Source: a virus (Duplodnaviria; Caudoviricetes). From it: a stretch of 53,144 bases of DNA. A model generated the notes under the pieces. It had not been told where the DNA came from. It saw nothing but the letters and a program-made list of their open reading frames with translations, and did not search any database. The position numbers were made by a program, and so were the translations under genes. Below are positions 52,240 through 53,144 of this stretch, piece by piece. Location of the stretch: the IMG/VR virus record IMGVR_UViG_3300012920_000053, positions 1 to 53,144 of that record; one strand, 5' to 3'. The stretch's first letter is position 1; each line of letters starts with the position of its first letter.

Positions 52240-53144
52240 TATTTATCTCTCCTAATAATTCCTCGTGAAAAAATAGAAACTTCATAATCAGCTGGTGAGT
52301 TTGCCCTTCTTAGTGCAGACTGGTATGGCTTCATTGTTTTTTTCTTTATTTGCGGTGGTTTTTTAGCCTTGTTAAGTGTGGTCTTGTTCTTTGCTAAGAA
52401 AAAATGTTGATCAAATATTGGCAAATCTAACAATTCAGGAAATTTTACTCCCACCTCAAGATTATTGTACTTCTGTATTCTACAAAGAAGTATTTCTGAA
52501 TTTTCTACTCTCTCCAGTTGTTTTTGTGTTAGCTCTTTCCAGATTTGTTGATTTAGTAGCGGCTTTCCATCTTTGCTTTTTTCATATCCATCGCAATATT
52601 CCACTTTGAATAGAGTAGAGTAATTATAGAGGAACATCAAATCTGTTTGATTATTGGAAATAAAATCAATTCCCTGTTTTTTATAATTTTTCCAATTATT
52701 CTTGACAGCTGGAGAATCCGAAATAAAGAGAGAGGTTATCTGGTTAGGGATGCTCTCCAACTGCCCTTTAGAGATCGGAGATTTTCTTACTGAATTGTCA
52801 ATAAAATTATTATTTTTTGTCAGATCATAATTTGAAATAGTGGGCTTTAGTTCTGTTTTTTTATTTGAGCTGCTGGAATTGCCCAAACCTAGAGAAGTAA
52901 AGGTTCTAGATATATCAGAAATACCATTTATAAGCAATTTGTCTGTAGTCTTGCTCTGTGTCTTTTTAGCAGGAACCTTGCTCGACATAGATGTAGAAGA
53001 GATGCCAGTTTTTTTAGTCTCTTTTGTTGTCTTATTCTCTTCTAGTGTCACCGAAACAGTAACAGAATATTTTGACAACACATCTTGTAGCATACCCAGA
53101 GACGGAGATGGGCTTGTATTATTGCCGACAGCAGAAGTCAATTT
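52239..53144 (-). CDS. 3' part of a hypothetical protein truncated by the right edge
   Basis: The reading frame stays open to the window end; Ser/Thr/Lys-rich. Confidence 0.65.
   Translation of the reverse strand, partial: KLTSAVGNNTSPSPSLGMLQDVLSKYSVTVSVTLEENKTTKETKKTGISSTSMSSKVPAKKTQSKTTDKLLINGISDISRTFTSLGLGNSSSSNKKTELKPTISNYDLTKNNNFIDNSVRKSPISKGQLESIPNQITSLFISDSPAVKNNWKNYKKQGIDFISNNQTDLMFLYNYSTLFKVEYCDGYEKSKDGKPLLNQQIWKELTQKQLERVENSEILLCRIQKYNNLEVGVKFPELLDLPIFDQHFFLAKNKTTLNKAKKPPQIKKKTMKPYQSALRRANSPADYEVSIFSRGIIRRDK

Noticed and set aside
908-52609. Numerous plus-strand ORFs of 60-217 aa in the ORF track (e.g. 6569-7222, 35411-35815, 37004-37456)
   Set aside because: All lie antisense to well-supported minus-strand genes, lack recognisable motifs, and read as shadow frames.
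1-53144. Alternative genetic code (stop-codon reassignment), as in some large phages
   Set aside because: Core genes are full length under code 11, and TAG (e.g. 299, 5098, 27168), TGA and TAA all end genes at tight junctions.
1-53144. tRNA or rRNA genes, integrase, transposase
   Set aside because: Intergenic gaps are short and occupied by terminators or promoter motifs, and no cloverleaf or recombinase motifs were recognised by eye. tRNAscan-SE and Infernal were not run.

Overview
This 53-kb window is an AT-rich, gene-dense segment of a large tailed bacteriophage with a contractile tail and T4-like core proteins. Every credible gene is on the minus strand and uses the standard code. In transcription order (right to left) it holds: putative baseplate/tail-collar and FN3-like virion proteins; a RuvC-like resolvase, DNA primase and a fused SbcD-SbcC (gp47-gp46) nuclease; a holin/spanin-like membrane trio; terminase, portal and prohead protease; ribosomal protein bS21; scaffold and major capsid protein; three neck proteins; a complete YeaH-SpoVR-PrkA module; a giant LamG plus 29-aa-repeat fibre; sheath, tube, gp26/gp51-like chaperones, tape measure and baseplate hub genes; and the start of a probable replication gene at the left edge. 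The main signals are: (1) the bacterial stress/sporulation triad YeaH(vWA)-SpoVR-PrkA(AAA+), in permuted order, inside what looks like one late transcript with the neck genes; (2) two promoter classes, a recurring ACTATTTATA motif before structural genes and TTGACA-N17-TATATT before the primase (apparently leaderless) and the left-edge gene; (3) a likely +1/-2 frameshift at a U7 run joining the gp26-like and gp51-like ORFs; (4) phage bS21 in the head module; (5) small proteins sharing an N-terminal MKITKSQLxKIIKEEI tag; (6) an internal RBS and start codon inside the giant fibre gene. All product calls come from motif recognition by eye, and no database searches were run.
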